Below, piece after piece: positions 1 through 9,965 of a stretch of DNA of 64,000 bases. The DNA lies in NCBI GenBank assembly GCA_965217775.1, contig CBDCJH010000002.1, positions 4,608,001-4,672,000 on the forward strand, given 5' to 3'. A model generated the notes under the pieces. It was not told the origin of the DNA and ran no database searches. It saw only the letters and a program-made list of their open reading frames with translations. The translations under genes were made by a program, and so were the position numbers. The DNA is from Acidobacteriota bacterium. GTDB taxonomy: Bacteria; Acidobacteriota; UBA6911; RPQK01; JAJDTT01. Positions within the stretch are counted from its first letter, which is position 1. Each line of letters begins with the position of its first letter.

Positions 1-134
1 ATGCCCGCGAGTCTTTCGTCGAGTTCCCGGCGGCTGGCCCGGAATTGGGTGAGGATGAGGCCGCCCAGGGTGAGGGTGGCGGTGAGGATGAGGCCACCGA
101 GTGAAACGATGATGATGGTGAGTTCGGACATCAT
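1..134 (-). CDS. Partial small protein with an N-terminal hydrophobic helix (MMSELTIIIVSLGGLILTATLTLGG...), runs off the window
   Basis: ATG at 134 preceded by GGGAG; manual translation; architecture resembles 11424..11753 and 16499..16786. Confidence 0.6.
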   Translation of the reverse strand, partial: MMSELTIIIVSLGGLILTATLTLGGLILTQFRASRRELDERLAG

Positions 135-222
135 TGGAACACTCCCTGCAAGTTTACTCCGTCGGAGCCGGATTGGACAATTCCGTTACCGGTCAAGGCA
201 ATCCGCGTGCCAGGGGGGAGTT

Positions 223-1197
223 CTAATCCGCAGTCGCGAAGACGGTGACCGTGGCGCCGCGTCCCAGGGCGGCCTCCGCGGCGGCAAGGGGTTGGGCCAG
301 GAGCAACAGTTCGAAATAGACGGCCTCCTTCAGCGAGAGCCCCAAGGACCGCGCCCGCTTCGTCTCCCGCAGCAGGCGCACCTTCTGGGACATGGGATCG
401 AGGGCCGGAAAGAGGCTGGAGACCAGGGCGGCGGCGTTGTCGCGCAGGGAGAAGTGGCGCACCCGGCGAACCCGGAAGCCGGCGCGGCCGAGGAGCTCGA
501 CCAGTGCCCGCGCCGTGAAGTTGTGGATATGGCGGGGACAGTCGAGACCGTACCACCGGGAACCCAGGAGCGCCGCCTGGATGCTGTGGCTGTTGGGAAC
601 CTGGATCACCAGACCGCCGTCGCCGGCCAGGAGCCGGCGGATCCGCCGCAGGTAGTGAAGGGGCCGGGGCAGGTGCTCCAGGACGTGGAAGAGCGTCAGC
701 ACGTGGAAGGTGGCGCCGCTTCGGATCAGGTCCCGTTCGTCTCCCACCACTACCCGGCCCGGCAGGATCTTCTCGGCCGCCTCACCCGCTTCCGGGGAAG
801 CTTCCAGTCCCTGCACCCGGAACCCGGCCTCCCGGGCCAGCTTCAGGAAGGTGCCGCTGCCGCAGCCGATGTCCAGGAGGCGGCGGCCGTTCCCCGGCGG
901 GGCCACCGAGAGGACGAAGCGCAACTGGTCGTGCCGGAGGACCCACTCCCGGTAAAGACCCTCCACGCCCCGGGGGTCTCCTTCCGGGTCCCACCAGTAG
1001 CCGGGCGGGTAGAATTCGGGGATCCGGTCCGCAACCTCAGACACCCGCTGGAAGCGGAGGCCGCAGCCGGGACAGTGGTAGAGGGGAAACGCCTCGCGGG
1101 TGACCTGGAAGAACCGGTCCTCCAGGCGGCGCCAGAATCGGCAACGGGGGTGGCGGCAGACGGGACAGGGCAGAGAGGCGTCCGGATCCACGCTCAT
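223..1197 (-). CDS. Class I SAM-dependent methyltransferase with N-terminal Cys pairs
   Basis: CPVC/CPGC pairs, LLDIGCGSG motif I, FHVLEH; ATG at 1197 overlaps the stop of the upstream gene. Confidence 0.9.
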   Translation of the reverse strand: MSVDPDASLPCPVCRHPRCRFWRRLEDRFFQVTREAFPLYHCPGCGLRFQRVSEVADRIPEFYPPGYWWDPEGDPRGVEGLYREWVLRHDQLRFVLSVAPPGNGRRLLDIGCGSGTFLKLAREAGFRVQGLEASPEAGEAAEKILPGRVVVGDERDLIRSGATFHVLTLFHVLEHLPRPLHYLRRIRRLLAGDGGLVIQVPNSHSIQAALLGSRWYGLDCPRHIHNFTARALVELLGRAGFRVRRVRHFSLRDNAAALVSSLFPALDPMSQKVRLLRETKRARSLGLSLKEAVYFELLLLAQPLAAAEAALGRGATVTVFATAD

Positions 1198-1868
1198 CCC
1201 CCGAGCCGTTTCTTGAAGAGGAAGACCAGATTGCTCCAACCGTCTCTCCAGGGCCGGAGCTTCTTCTCTCCGGCACGGTTCGAATAGTTGATGGGGATCT
1301 CCTTGAACCCGATCCGGGAATGACGCATGGCTTCGATCTTGATCTCCTCGGAGAAGGCCATCCCGTCGCTGACGAGGTTCATGTTCTCCAACGCCTCCCG
1401 GTAGAAGATCCACATCCCCGACTGGGAGTCCCGGACCCGGCGCAGGAACAGGACCGAGACCGCCAGGCTCAGGCACTTGTTCCCGATGAAGCTCTTCCAG
1501 GACATGGCCTTGCGGTTCTGCATGGGAAACCGGGAAGCCGAGACGAAACCCACGCCGGAGCCGATGAGGGCTTCGATCAGATAGGAGAGGGAGTCGGCCG
1601 GGTAGGAGTGGTCCCCGTCCAGGGTCACGATGACGTCCCCCTGGGCGTGGAGCAGACCCGTCTTGTAGGCGCGGCCATATCCGCGCACGTCCTCCCGAAT
1701 CACGCGGGCACCCATACGCGCGGCGATTTGCGCCGTATCGTCGGTGGAGCCGTTGTCCACCACGATGACCTCGTCCACGAACTGGGGGAGCCGCTCCAGG
1801 ACCATGCGGATCCCCTCTTCCTCATTGAGGCAGGGGATGACGACGGTGATCTTGTGATCTCGATACAT
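1194..1868 (-). CDS. GT2 glycosyltransferase, DPM1/polyprenol-phosphate mannose synthase-like
   Basis: VVIPCLNEE, VVDNGSTD, RGYG, LDGD, DSQSG, EIPINY motifs. Confidence 0.9.
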   Translation of the reverse strand: MYRDHKITVVIPCLNEEEGIRMVLERLPQFVDEVIVVDNGSTDDTAQIAARMGARVIREDVRGYGRAYKTGLLHAQGDVIVTLDGDHSYPADSLSYLIEALIGSGVGFVSASRFPMQNRKAMSWKSFIGNKCLSLAVSVLFLRRVRDSQSGMWIFYREALENMNLVSDGMAFSEEIKIEAMRHSRIGFKEIPINYSNRAGEKKLRPWRDGWSNLVFLFKKRLGG

Positions 1869-4083
1869 GGTCTTGAATAAGGTCCAGCAGGATCCTGATT
1901 TTGCGGACCAGGTCCGCGGAGGGCGACAACTCCAGGGCACGCTTCAAATTTTTCTCCGCTTCCGCCAGCTCGCCCCGGCGCCGGAGGAGAACTCCCAGAT
2001 TGTAGTGGGTCTCGGCCGCGGCCCGGAGGCGGATCGACTGCCGGTAGAGGCGGACGGCCCGGTCGCCGTCGCCGGTCCGGTCGTAACAGTGCGCCAGCAG
2101 GTTCAGGCTCTCCGGCTCGACGCGGAGCCGGACGGCGCGCTCCAGATGCGGAATGGCCTCCTGGAATTTCCTCAGATGAACGTAGCAGAGGCCCAGGTTG
2201 AGCTGTCCCGGCCGGCTGCCGGGATAGGCCTCCACGAATTTCTTCAGATAAACCACCGCCTGCTCGTAGAGCCGTTTGGCCTGCTCATCCAGTTCCTGCT
2301 TCTTCTTGAATTGGCCTTCGTTAAAGGCCGCCACCCCCTGATTGTGGACGTCGCGAGCCTGGTCCAGGAAGAGTCCGCCGACCGACAGCCAGACCATGCG
2401 GGCGGCGGGTTCGCGGTTCCGGGACTTGAGAGCCTTCTGAAAGTAGCCAAATGCGGTCTCGCGCAGTGGCAGAACCTGCTCGAAGTCTTTGGCCGCAAGG
2501 GCGACCTCGGCGGCCTTCTCGTAGCAGTTCCCCATGTTGGCCAGACTCATGAAATTCGAGTCGTCTCTCTCCAGCGCTTTTCCCGCCGCCTCACGGCACC
2601 TGTCCAGCAGGCTCGACGCCAGATCGTATTTCTTCCGCGCTCGTGCGCGCTCGGCCAACTGGACGTACAGGGCACCCAGATTGCTCCATTCCAGGGCCCG
2701 GCCGGGGTTGAGCTCCAAGGCTCTCAGAGTGTGTTTCAGGGCCAGGTCCGGCTTCTGCCGACCCATGTAGGTGACCGCCATATTGCTGTGGGCGCGGTAG
2801 GACCCGGGGGCATGGTCCAAGGTCGCCCGCCACAGGGAATCCAGGTTGGCCCAATCCCGATTGCGCCCCATCGTGCGCACCGAGAATACGATAAAGACCA
2901 GGGCCAACACCCCCACGGCCAGTTCCCGGAAACCCCGCTCGCGAGACACGTAGTCCACCGCCACTCCTCCCAGCAGGGAAACCCCGATCAGCGGGACGTA
3001 GAGAAAGTGGTCGGCGGCCAACTCGTGAAAGGGCAGGATCTGGAGCACCGGCACCAACGCCGTCAGGAACCAGCCCATCCCCAGGGAGACCAGGGGCCGG
3101 GACGGGTAGACCCGGACGGCCACGGCGATGAAGGCCGCCAGCAGGAGCACCGCCAGCAGGGTCGGCGCGTCGGCGAACCCGGGAGAGAGGGCGAAGACGT
3201 CTCCCGTGTAGTCCGCGATCAGAGGATGGGGGAACAGCGCCAGGCTCGAATAGTGCGAGAAGAGCTTGAAGCTGGTGCCGGCATGGGCCGCGAGGCTCCC
3301 TCCCCAGAGTCCCTCCATGCGGCTGGCCGGACTCAGAAAGAGGGCATAGTAGAGGGACGCCGCGGCCAGAAGGAAGCCCAGAGCGTAGGCGAGCCGGGAG
3401 CGCGCGAGAGCGCGGAAGATTCGAACCGCCACCGGCTCCCGGCCCGGCCCGCCGGAGGGGCCCGGCCGGCACAGGTCCAACAGCAGAAGCAGCGCCGGCA
3501 GCACGATCACCAGCTCCTTGGCCAGGACCCCCACCACCAGGCAGGCGAGGCAGAGAAGAAGATATCGCCGCCGCCCCGTGTCCCGATAGGAGAGGAACGA
3601 CAGGCACCCCGAGAGAATGAAGAAGGCGGCCAGCAGGTCTTTCCGCCCCGACACGTAGGCCACCGCGGCGGTCTGAACCGGGTGGGCGGCAAAGAGGAGG
3701 GCTCCCGCCAGCGCCAGCGTCCGGCCTCCGGTGACGGCCCGGAAGAGCCAGTAGACCAGGAGCGAATTGAGGGCGTGCAGGAGCAGGTTGAAGAGATGGT
3801 ACCCCGTGGGCTCCGGACCGCCCAGCCAGTAGTTGAACGCATAGGTGAGCGTGCGGACCGGCCGGTAGACCCGGTGGCTCAGGATGTCTCCCCAGCGCAG
3901 CTCCGTCACCGTCCGGTTCTGCTGGATCAGGGTGAGGTCGTCGTGGACGAACTCGTGGCCCAGCGTATTCCAGTAGAGTCCCAGGACGACGGCCACCAGG
4001 AGGCACGGGTAGAGCAGGTCCGGCCGCCAGAGACGGGACCCGAACCCCGGGGACGATCTCCTGTCTTTCCTTCTCGCCGCCAT
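1822..4083 (-). CDS. TMTC-like membrane glycosyltransferase (GT-C) with C-terminal TPR repeats
   Basis: FVHDD, YRPVRTLT, YHLFNLLLH, HPVQTAAVAYVSGRKD, KE, DHFLYVP motifs; many TM helices; TPR tail. Confidence 0.85.
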   Translation of the reverse strand: MAARRKDRRSSPGFGSRLWRPDLLYPCLLVAVVLGLYWNTLGHEFVHDDLTLIQQNRTVTELRWGDILSHRVYRPVRTLTYAFNYWLGGPEPTGYHLFNLLLHALNSLLVYWLFRAVTGGRTLALAGALLFAAHPVQTAAVAYVSGRKDLLAAFFILSGCLSFLSYRDTGRRRYLLLCLACLVVGVLAKELVIVLPALLLLLDLCRPGPSGGPGREPVAVRIFRALARSRLAYALGFLLAAASLYYALFLSPASRMEGLWGGSLAAHAGTSFKLFSHYSSLALFPHPLIADYTGDVFALSPGFADAPTLLAVLLLAAFIAVAVRVYPSRPLVSLGMGWFLTALVPVLQILPFHELAADHFLYVPLIGVSLLGGVAVDYVSRERGFRELAVGVLALVFIVFSVRTMGRNRDWANLDSLWRATLDHAPGSYRAHSNMAVTYMGRQKPDLALKHTLRALELNPGRALEWSNLGALYVQLAERARARKKYDLASSLLDRCREAAGKALERDDSNFMSLANMGNCYEKAAEVALAAKDFEQVLPLRETAFGYFQKALKSRNREPAARMVWLSVGGLFLDQARDVHNQGVAAFNEGQFKKKQELDEQAKRLYEQAVVYLKKFVEAYPGSRPGQLNLGLCYVHLRKFQEAIPHLERAVRLRVEPESLNLLAHCYDRTGDGDRAVRLYRQSIRLRAAAETHYNLGVLLRRRGELAEAEKNLKRALELSPSADLVRKIRILLDLIQDHVSRSQDHRRHPLPQ

Positions 4084-4085
4084 GA

Positions 4086-5228
4086 TCAGGCTTCCCCGCC
4101 TTCCTTCGCTCCCAGCGACCGGGCCAGCTCAAGAATCCGGCCCGCCACCCGATCCCAACCCAACCGCCGGTTGAATTTCAAGATGTGAGGCTGGAACCGT
4201 GGTCGCAGATTGCGGCGAAAGTAATCGATCAGGAGACGCGCCAGCCGATCGGAATCTCCGGGTGGAAAGAGGAGCCCGGTCTTGCCGTCCAGCACCACCT
4301 CCGAGAGTCCACCCACGTCGCTGGCGATGACCGGGACCCCGAACTGGTAGGCCAGGGGGACGATCCCGCTCTGGGTCGCGCTCCGGTAGGGAAGCGCCAC
4401 CACGTGGGCGCGGCGGAAGAAGCCGGGCACCTCCCGGTTGGGCACATAGGCGCCGGTCCAGGAGACCGCGCCGTCGAGGCCGAGAGCCCGGACCCGTTCC
4501 TTCAGGGGACGGGGATCGCCATAGAACTCTCCCGCCACCACCAGTTCCGCCTCCAGCTCCCGGCGCACCCGGGCGAAGGCCTCGATGAGGACGTCGAGCC
4601 CCTTGTAGGCCCGGATGTTGCCGAAAAAGAGGATGCAGGGCTTCTCACCCGGCCCGGGCGACTCCGAGTCCCAGCGCCGGTAGAAGGAGTAGGCGGGATG
4701 GTGGACCTGACGTACCGGAGCGTTCGGACGGAGCTCCCGCACCTGCCGCGCCAGGTCCTTCGACTGCACCAGGAACCCGTCCACGCGGCGGAAGGCCATC
4801 CTCACCAGCATCGCCTCAAGATGTCGGCTTCCCATGCGTTCGTGGGGGAAGACGTTGTGGCACAGACACAGGATCACCGCCGCCGACCGCTTCCGGACGC
4901 GCCGGATCAGGTCGGCGTAGGCCGGACCGAAGAAGGGGTGCCACCATTGGAAGACCAGCAGCTCGGGTCCCCAGGCGGCGACTCTCCGGGCGGTGGCGGC
5001 CCAGCTCCCGGGAGAGAGAGGGCGGAGGAGCCTCTCGGAGGGCACCCGCCAAGCGCTGGGGCTCCGGTCCAATTCCGAGCTTCCGGGAAAGAGCAGCCGG
5101 GGATAGAGCTTCCGGAAGGAATAGATGCGCACCTGGTGGCGCCGCTCCAGCTCGCCGTACAGGGATGCGGTGTACTGGGCGATTCCGCCGCGCAAGGGAT
5201 GGGCCGGACCCACGAGGGCGATCCTCAT
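4086..5228 (-). CDS. GT4 glycosyltransferase
   Basis: MRIALVGPAHPLRGGIA start; FFGNIRAYKG, PYRSATQSG, PVIASDVGGL. Confidence 0.9.
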   Translation of the reverse strand: MRIALVGPAHPLRGGIAQYTASLYGELERRHQVRIYSFRKLYPRLLFPGSSELDRSPSAWRVPSERLLRPLSPGSWAATARRVAAWGPELLVFQWWHPFFGPAYADLIRRVRKRSAAVILCLCHNVFPHERMGSRHLEAMLVRMAFRRVDGFLVQSKDLARQVRELRPNAPVRQVHHPAYSFYRRWDSESPGPGEKPCILFFGNIRAYKGLDVLIEAFARVRRELEAELVVAGEFYGDPRPLKERVRALGLDGAVSWTGAYVPNREVPGFFRRAHVVALPYRSATQSGIVPLAYQFGVPVIASDVGGLSEVVLDGKTGLLFPPGDSDRLARLLIDYFRRNLRPRFQPHILKFNRRLGWDRVAGRILELARSLGAKEGGEA

Positions 5229-6199
5229 CCGGGCAGAGAGACCAGGGACTTGGAGCTGGCCTCCTCCGGTTCCACCACCCGGACCTCGCGCACCGAGTAG
5301 TCCCCTTCCCTGCGGGAGGAGTAGGCGATCATCTCGGCCAGGAGCCCGAAGAAGATGAACTGGACGCCCATGATGAGGAGCAGGATTCCCAGCATGAACA
5401 GGGGCCGGTCCTCGATCCAGCGACCCTGAAACCAGCCCACGGTGAGATATGCCTGGATGGAAAAGCCGGCCAGGAGCAGGACGACTCCCAGAATCCCGAA
5501 GACGTGCAGCGGCTTGCTGTTGTAGCGGGTCAACATGATCACCGTCAGGAGATCGAAGAAACCGCCCAGAAAGCGGCCGGCGCCGTACTTGCTGCGCCCG
5601 TAGGCGCGGGGAGCATGGTCCACGGGGACCTCCCCGATCCGAAAGCCGCGGTAGCTGGCCAGGACCGGAATGAACCGGTGCATCTCGCCGTAGACCTTCA
5701 ACTCCCGGATCACCTCCCGGCGGTAGGCTTTGAGTCCACAGTTGAGGTCGTGGAGCGGAACTCCCGTCAGGAGAGCGGTGACGAAGTTGAAGATTCGTGA
5801 AGCGGCGCGCTTGCGCCACGGGTCCTGGCGCTTGACCTTCCAGCCGGAGACCAGGTCGTACCCCTGCTCCAGTCGGTCCAGCAGCTTGCCCACCTCCCGG
5901 GGACGATCCTGAAGGTCCGCATCCATGGTGACGATGACCTCTCCCCGAGCATGCCGAAATCCGGCCGCCAGCGCCGCCGACTTCCCGAAATTGCGGCGAA
6001 ACCGAATGATGCGGATTCGGGGATCGCGGTTCTGGAGGCGCTTCAGGGTGGAGAAGGAGCCGTCGGTGCTGCCGTCGTCGACGAAAATGATCTCCAAGTC
6101 GCCGGAATGGGAACTCAACTCTCGGATGATGCCTTGGTAGAGCTCAGGGAGCGATTCCTCTTCGTTGAAGAGGGGAATCACCATGGAGATCAGTCTCAT
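5225..6199 (-). CDS. GT2 glycosyltransferase, ArnC/GtrB-like with two C-terminal TM helices
   Basis: VIPLFNEE, VDDGSTD, RNFGKSAAL, MDADLQD, DLNCGLKAY, HRFIP. Confidence 0.9.
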   Translation of the reverse strand: MRLISMVIPLFNEEESLPELYQGIIRELSSHSGDLEIIFVDDGSTDGSFSTLKRLQNRDPRIRIIRFRRNFGKSAALAAGFRHARGEVIVTMDADLQDRPREVGKLLDRLEQGYDLVSGWKVKRQDPWRKRAASRIFNFVTALLTGVPLHDLNCGLKAYRREVIRELKVYGEMHRFIPVLASYRGFRIGEVPVDHAPRAYGRSKYGAGRFLGGFFDLLTVIMLTRYNSKPLHVFGILGVVLLLAGFSIQAYLTVGWFQGRWIEDRPLFMLGILLLIMGVQFIFFGLLAEMIAYSSRREGDYSVREVRVVEPEEASSKSLVSLPG

Positions 6200-6235
6200 G
6201 GGCGGATTTTCGCCGCTGATTTTAGCACACCGGGA

Positions 6236-6313
6236 GGAGCGGCGATTTCCAATCGCCGGACTCCGCAACGAACATGGAGCGAGGAGGAACGGGCGATTGG
6301 AAATCGCCCCTCC
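6236..6313. repeat. REP doublet (REPIN-like). Same REP families recur near 7806-7879, 8311-8390, 11138-11161, 11753-11863, 16295-16499, 16979-17083, 20149-20205, 29151-29180, 43766-43789, 45173-45203, 45597-45616, 58267-58290 and 62188-62212
   Basis: GGAG-GGGCGATTTCCAATCGCCC and GGAG-CGGCGGTTTCCAGCCGCCG hairpins, often in inverted pairs. Confidence 0.9.
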
Positions 6314-6324
6314 TAAAAGAGCAC

Positions 6325-6362
6325 TTGAAGTTCATAGTATGTAGTGTGTAGTATATAGTACA
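6325..6362 (+). promoter_or_regulatory. Candidate sigma70-type promoter overlapped by four heptamer direct repeats (possible operator)
   Basis: TTGAAG-18 nt-TAGTAT; TAGTATG TAGTGTG TAGTATA TAGTACA at 6335-6362, upstream of the XRE regulator. Confidence 0.5.
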
Positions 6363-6402
6363 CACTCGAACGAAGGACGATTCACTTCGTCCCAGGGTCA
6401 GT

Positions 6403-6753
6403 ATGGCGTTTGGAGACTACATTCGGGAGGTTCGCGAACGGTGGCGGCGCGACGACCGGACTTTCTCGTTGCGCCAGGTGGCGGGCCGCGTCGGAATCGA
6501 GCCGGCCTACCTGAGCAAGATCGAGCGGGGACTGACGCCACCTCCCTCGGAGCGGACGATCCGCCGGCTCGCAAAGGAGCTGGACGAGGATGCGGACGTC
6601 CTGCTGGCGATGGCGGGGAAGGTTTCCAAGGACCTTCAGGAGATCGTGATGCTCCGTCCCAAGCTCTTCGCCGATCTTCTGCGTCAGCTCCGGGAGGCGC
6701 CGGATCACGCGGTGCTGCGGATCGCGCGTGAGATCCGGGATGGAGATTGGTGA
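6403..6753 (+). CDS. XRE-family HTH transcriptional regulator
   Basis: FSLRQVAGRVGIEPAYLSKIERG helix-turn-helix. Confidence 0.9.
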   Translation: MAFGDYIREVRERWRRDDRTFSLRQVAGRVGIEPAYLSKIERGLTPPPSERTIRRLAKELDEDADVLLAMAGKVSKDLQEIVMLRPKLFADLLRQLREAPDHAVLRIAREIRDGDW

Positions 6754-6797
6754 AAGCCAGGTAGTAGGAGCCTGGGGAAACAGGAGAGGAGGAAAAA

Positions 6798-7802
6798 ATG
6801 ATTGAACTACAGCACGATACGTTGACTTTCAGCTTCCCGGAGGTGCATGAGGAGGCGAGGTGCTCGATTTCGTTTTCGCGGACCCTGCGCATTCCGGACG
6901 ACGACCGTGACCATCCCCTTCCCCCGGGCCTGGGAGAGTTTCCGTTGCACCACGTGGATGACTATGCCGATCGCCTACCGAGGCGCTGGAGCGATCACGG
7001 CGGCGTCTTCATGCCCATGTACCAAGCGGAGGCGCTCTGGATTTCGTTCGGGAGCGGGTTTCGTTCGTATCCCATGGCCGTCAAGGTGGCCGCTGGGAAG
7101 GTCGACGCCGTCACCGGGCAACCATTTCGCAACGGATTGAACCAGAGGCCTCAGGACTACGTCGTGATCCCGGACCAGCCCTGGCTCGACGGTTTCTGCG
7201 TGCGGAAGGGCCTGATCCGGCAGTTTGTCGCCATGCCCCTCGGTGAGGGCTATACGGCGGAGGAGCAACTGACCGGCGCCGCGGAGCACGGAGGCCTGCA
7301 GATCGTCGTCTATCCGATGAAGGCGTCGCGGTACGAAAGACTGATGGCCGAGCGGGTCGAACCCTACGAAGCTGGTGTCATCTATTGTTCCATGCCGGAT
7401 CCCTGCCAAATGGGCTTGGCGCCCGGCGGGATGATGCGCCAGGAGGTCTACTCCGACGACTACGGATTCTCCGCCTGGGAGCGGGACGTCGGTTCGCGTT
7501 GCTTCGTCCACCTGCTCAACAGCGGGCAATACCGGACGGTGACCGGATTTGCGCCGCCGTATGAGCCGCCGACTGCCGCCGACTACACCGAGGCCGGCCT
7601 CCCCTGGTTCGAGTATTTCGACGGCGACCTCGAGGCGTTGGAGGGGGCGCCTCGACTCGACCGCCTCGACAGCGTGGGGGCCCGCAGGGTGAAGGAGGGA
7701 AAGCCGCCGCTGCACGGGGGCGAGAACGTGGAACCCAAACCGACACAGATCAAGCGCCTGCGCAAGAGCCAAGTGGTCCGGGACGGAAGCGCCGCCTGGT
7801 AG
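6798..7802 (+). CDS. Conserved hypothetical protein (RTLRIPDD...LPPGLG.FPL, PMYQAEALW, QPWLDG, QFVAMPLG family)
   Basis: Strong RBS GGAGG; 334 aa; recognisable uncharacterised family. Confidence 0.85.
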   Translation: MIELQHDTLTFSFPEVHEEARCSISFSRTLRIPDDDRDHPLPPGLGEFPLHHVDDYADRLPRRWSDHGGVFMPMYQAEALWISFGSGFRSYPMAVKVAAGKVDAVTGQPFRNGLNQRPQDYVVIPDQPWLDGFCVRKGLIRQFVAMPLGEGYTAEEQLTGAAEHGGLQIVVYPMKASRYERLMAERVEPYEAGVIYCSMPDPCQMGLAPGGMMRQEVYSDDYGFSAWERDVGSRCFVHLLNSGQYRTVTGFAPPYEPPTAADYTEAGLPWFEYFDGDLEALEGAPRLDRLDSVGARRVKEGKPPLHGGENVEPKPTQIKRLRKSQVVRDGSAAW

Positions 7803-7957
7803 GTTCGGCGGTTTCCAACCGCCGGACTCTGGAGTAACAAGTTGGCGCCGAGGAACGGGCGATTGGAAATCGCCCCTCCTGTCACCTGGCTCGTGTACCG
7901 TCTGATCCCTGGTGGACATGTGATCGTTGGACGATCGGAAACGACCAGGAGGAGACG

Positions 7958-8308
7958 ATGACCTTTGGAGAACACATTCGCACGGTTCGGGAGAAGCGGC
8001 AGCGTGAAGATCGGGCATTTTCGTTGAGGATGGTGGCTTCCCGGACCGGCGTCCAACCGGCATACCTGTGCAAGTTGGAATTCGAGCAGACGCCGCCCCC
8101 ATCGGAGCAAACGATCCGCCGGCTCGCGACGGACCTGGAAGAGGACGCCGACGTGTTGTTGGCCATTGCCGGGAAGGTTTCACGGGATCTCCAGGAGATC
8201 GTTATCCGCCGGCCCAGGCTCATGGCCGATCTGTTGAGGGAACTCGACGAGGCTCCGGACGACATGCTGACCCGGATCACCCGGGAGGTCCGAGCCGGAG
8301 TTTCGTGA
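7958..8308 (+). CDS. XRE-family HTH regulator, paralog of 6403..6753
   Basis: Both 116 aa and collinear (PPPSE.TIRRLA..L.EDADVLLA.AGKVS.DLQEIV). Confidence 0.85.
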   Translation: MTFGEHIRTVREKRQREDRAFSLRMVASRTGVQPAYLCKLEFEQTPPPSEQTIRRLATDLEEDADVLLAIAGKVSRDLQEIVIRRPRLMADLLRELDEAPDDMLTRITREVRAGVS

Positions 8309-8510
8309 CGGGGGAGCGGCGGTTTCCAACCGCCGGACTCCGGAGTGACAAGTTGGCGCCGAGGAATGGGCGATTGGAAATCGCCCCTCCCAAGGGCAAT
8401 CCATCACGCGGTCGAATCCTGCCCACCCCGTCAATTGGTCGCGTCGGGATGAGTCGTGATCTGACTCGGGCATCCGGACATCACATTGGTGAGTCATCAT
8501 GATGACTCCC

Positions 8511-8771
8511 ATGCGGACGACGTTAACGATCGAACCGGACGTCGCTCAGCTCCTTCGGCGGGAAATTCGGCGTTCCGATAGGAGCATGAAAGCCGTCGTG
8601 AACGAGGCCTTGCGAATCGGTCTGGGAATGCGGGGCAAAACGCCTCAGACGTCTCGATACGAGGTGAAACCCCATGCCTTCGGCTTCAAGCCGGATATTG
8701 ACATCAATCGGCTCAATCTACTGGTCGACGAGTTGGAAGCAGAGGAAATGGGTCGAAATAGTCAGCTTTGA
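8511..8771 (+). CDS. vapB: VapB-like antitoxin (RHH-type)
   Basis: MRTTLTIEPDV...KAVVNEALRIGL; overlaps the PIN toxin start. Confidence 0.75.
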   Translation: MRTTLTIEPDVAQLLRREIRRSDRSMKAVVNEALRIGLGMRGKTPQTSRYEVKPHAFGFKPDIDINRLNLLVDELEAEEMGRNSQL

Positions 8772-9013
8772 TCATTCCCGACGTCAACCTGTTGCTGCAC
8801 GCCCACAATTCGGACTTTCCGCGACACCGGGAAGCCCGGGAATGGTGGGAAGCCCTGATGAACGGGACTGTCAGCGTCGGACTCCCGTGGGCGTCTATCC
8901 TTGGTTTTATCCGCATCGCGACTCACCCGAGAATTTTCGAGTATCCCCTCGACGTGAGGGGCGCCTGCACTCGCGTCCGATCTTGGCTCGATTTCCGGGT
9001 CTGCGATGGGTGA
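8768..9013 (+). pseudogene. vapC: Truncated VapC PIN-domain toxin
   Basis: MIIPDVNLLLHAHN N-terminus, but only 81 aa; C-terminal PIN half absent. Confidence 0.75.
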
Positions 9014-9179
9014 ACCCACTCGCCTGACGTAGCCGCCGATCTGCCTGGAGCGGCGGATTTCCGACCGTCGAAATCCCTTTGAGTTTGGAACAGCGAAGAT
9101 TGGGGGACAAGAATGTCTCTCCTCCCAGGTGTGAATTATAATGGGCGGGGACCTTGCCCGGGCAGGGTCCCCCGGGACC

Positions 9180-9965
9180 ATGTTGAGTTCGCTTCTTCGC
9201 CACAAGCACCTGATTCGTGAACTGGTGTCCCGGGACATCCGGAGCCGCTACGTGGGCTCCGTCGCCGGCCTCTTCTGGTCCATTCTGAATCCGGCTCTGC
9301 AACTGGCACTCTACACGCTGGTCTTCTCTCTCGTGCTGGAGATCCGGTTCGGAACCGAGGGCTCCACCGGGGTCTTCGCGCTGAACCTTTTCGCCGCCCT
9401 TCTGCCCTGGATGGCCATTCAGGAGGGCGTCGTCCGGTCCGCCCGGACCTTCATCGAGAACGCCAACATCATCAAGAAGCAGCGATTTCCGCTGGAGACG
9501 CTTCCCTTCAGCGTCCTGATCTCGGCCGTGGTGCACCAGCTCCTGGGGACGGCCGTTTTCCTCGTGGTGCTGGCGGTCACCCAACTGACCGACTTCCGGT
9601 TCCTGGTCCTGATCTTCCCCCTCTTCGGGATCCAGATCCTGATGACCTACGGGCTGGCCGCCATGGCCGCCCCGCTGAACGTCTTCTTCCGCGACGTGGC
9701 CCAGCTCCTGGGCGTTCTCTTCATGCTCTTCTTCTGGGTCACTCCCATCGTCTACCCCCGGAGCCGAGCCCCGGAAACCTACCAGTTCCTCCTCGCTCTG
9801 AACCCCCTGACCCACATGGTGGAGGCCTACCGGTTCGCCTTCCTGGGCGCTCCGGAACCCTCCTTCTGGGGGTTGCTCTATTGGGCCGTCCTGTCCCTCG
9901 GGTTCTATCGCCTGGGGCGTTTCGTCCTGGACCGGACCCGAAACCAGTTGGTGGACCTGCTGTGA
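9180..9965 (+). CDS. wzm: ABC-2 polysaccharide export permease
   Basis: RDIRSRYVGS.AGLFWSILNP, FFRDV, TPIVYP, LNPL. Confidence 0.92.
   Translation: MLSSLLRHKHLIRELVSRDIRSRYVGSVAGLFWSILNPALQLALYTLVFSLVLEIRFGTEGSTGVFALNLFAALLPWMAIQEGVVRSARTFIENANIIKKQRFPLETLPFSVLISAVVHQLLGTAVFLVVLAVTQLTDFRFLVLIFPLFGIQILMTYGLAAMAAPLNVFFRDVAQLLGVLFMLFFWVTPIVYPRSRAPETYQFLLALNPLTHMVEAYRFAFLGAPEPSFWGLLYWAVLSLGFYRLGRFVLDRTRNQLVDLL

Noticed and set aside
1-4188. Long plus-strand ORFs 1..1287 and 1867..4188
   Set aside because: Antisense shadows of motif-bearing minus-strand genes, common in high-GC DNA
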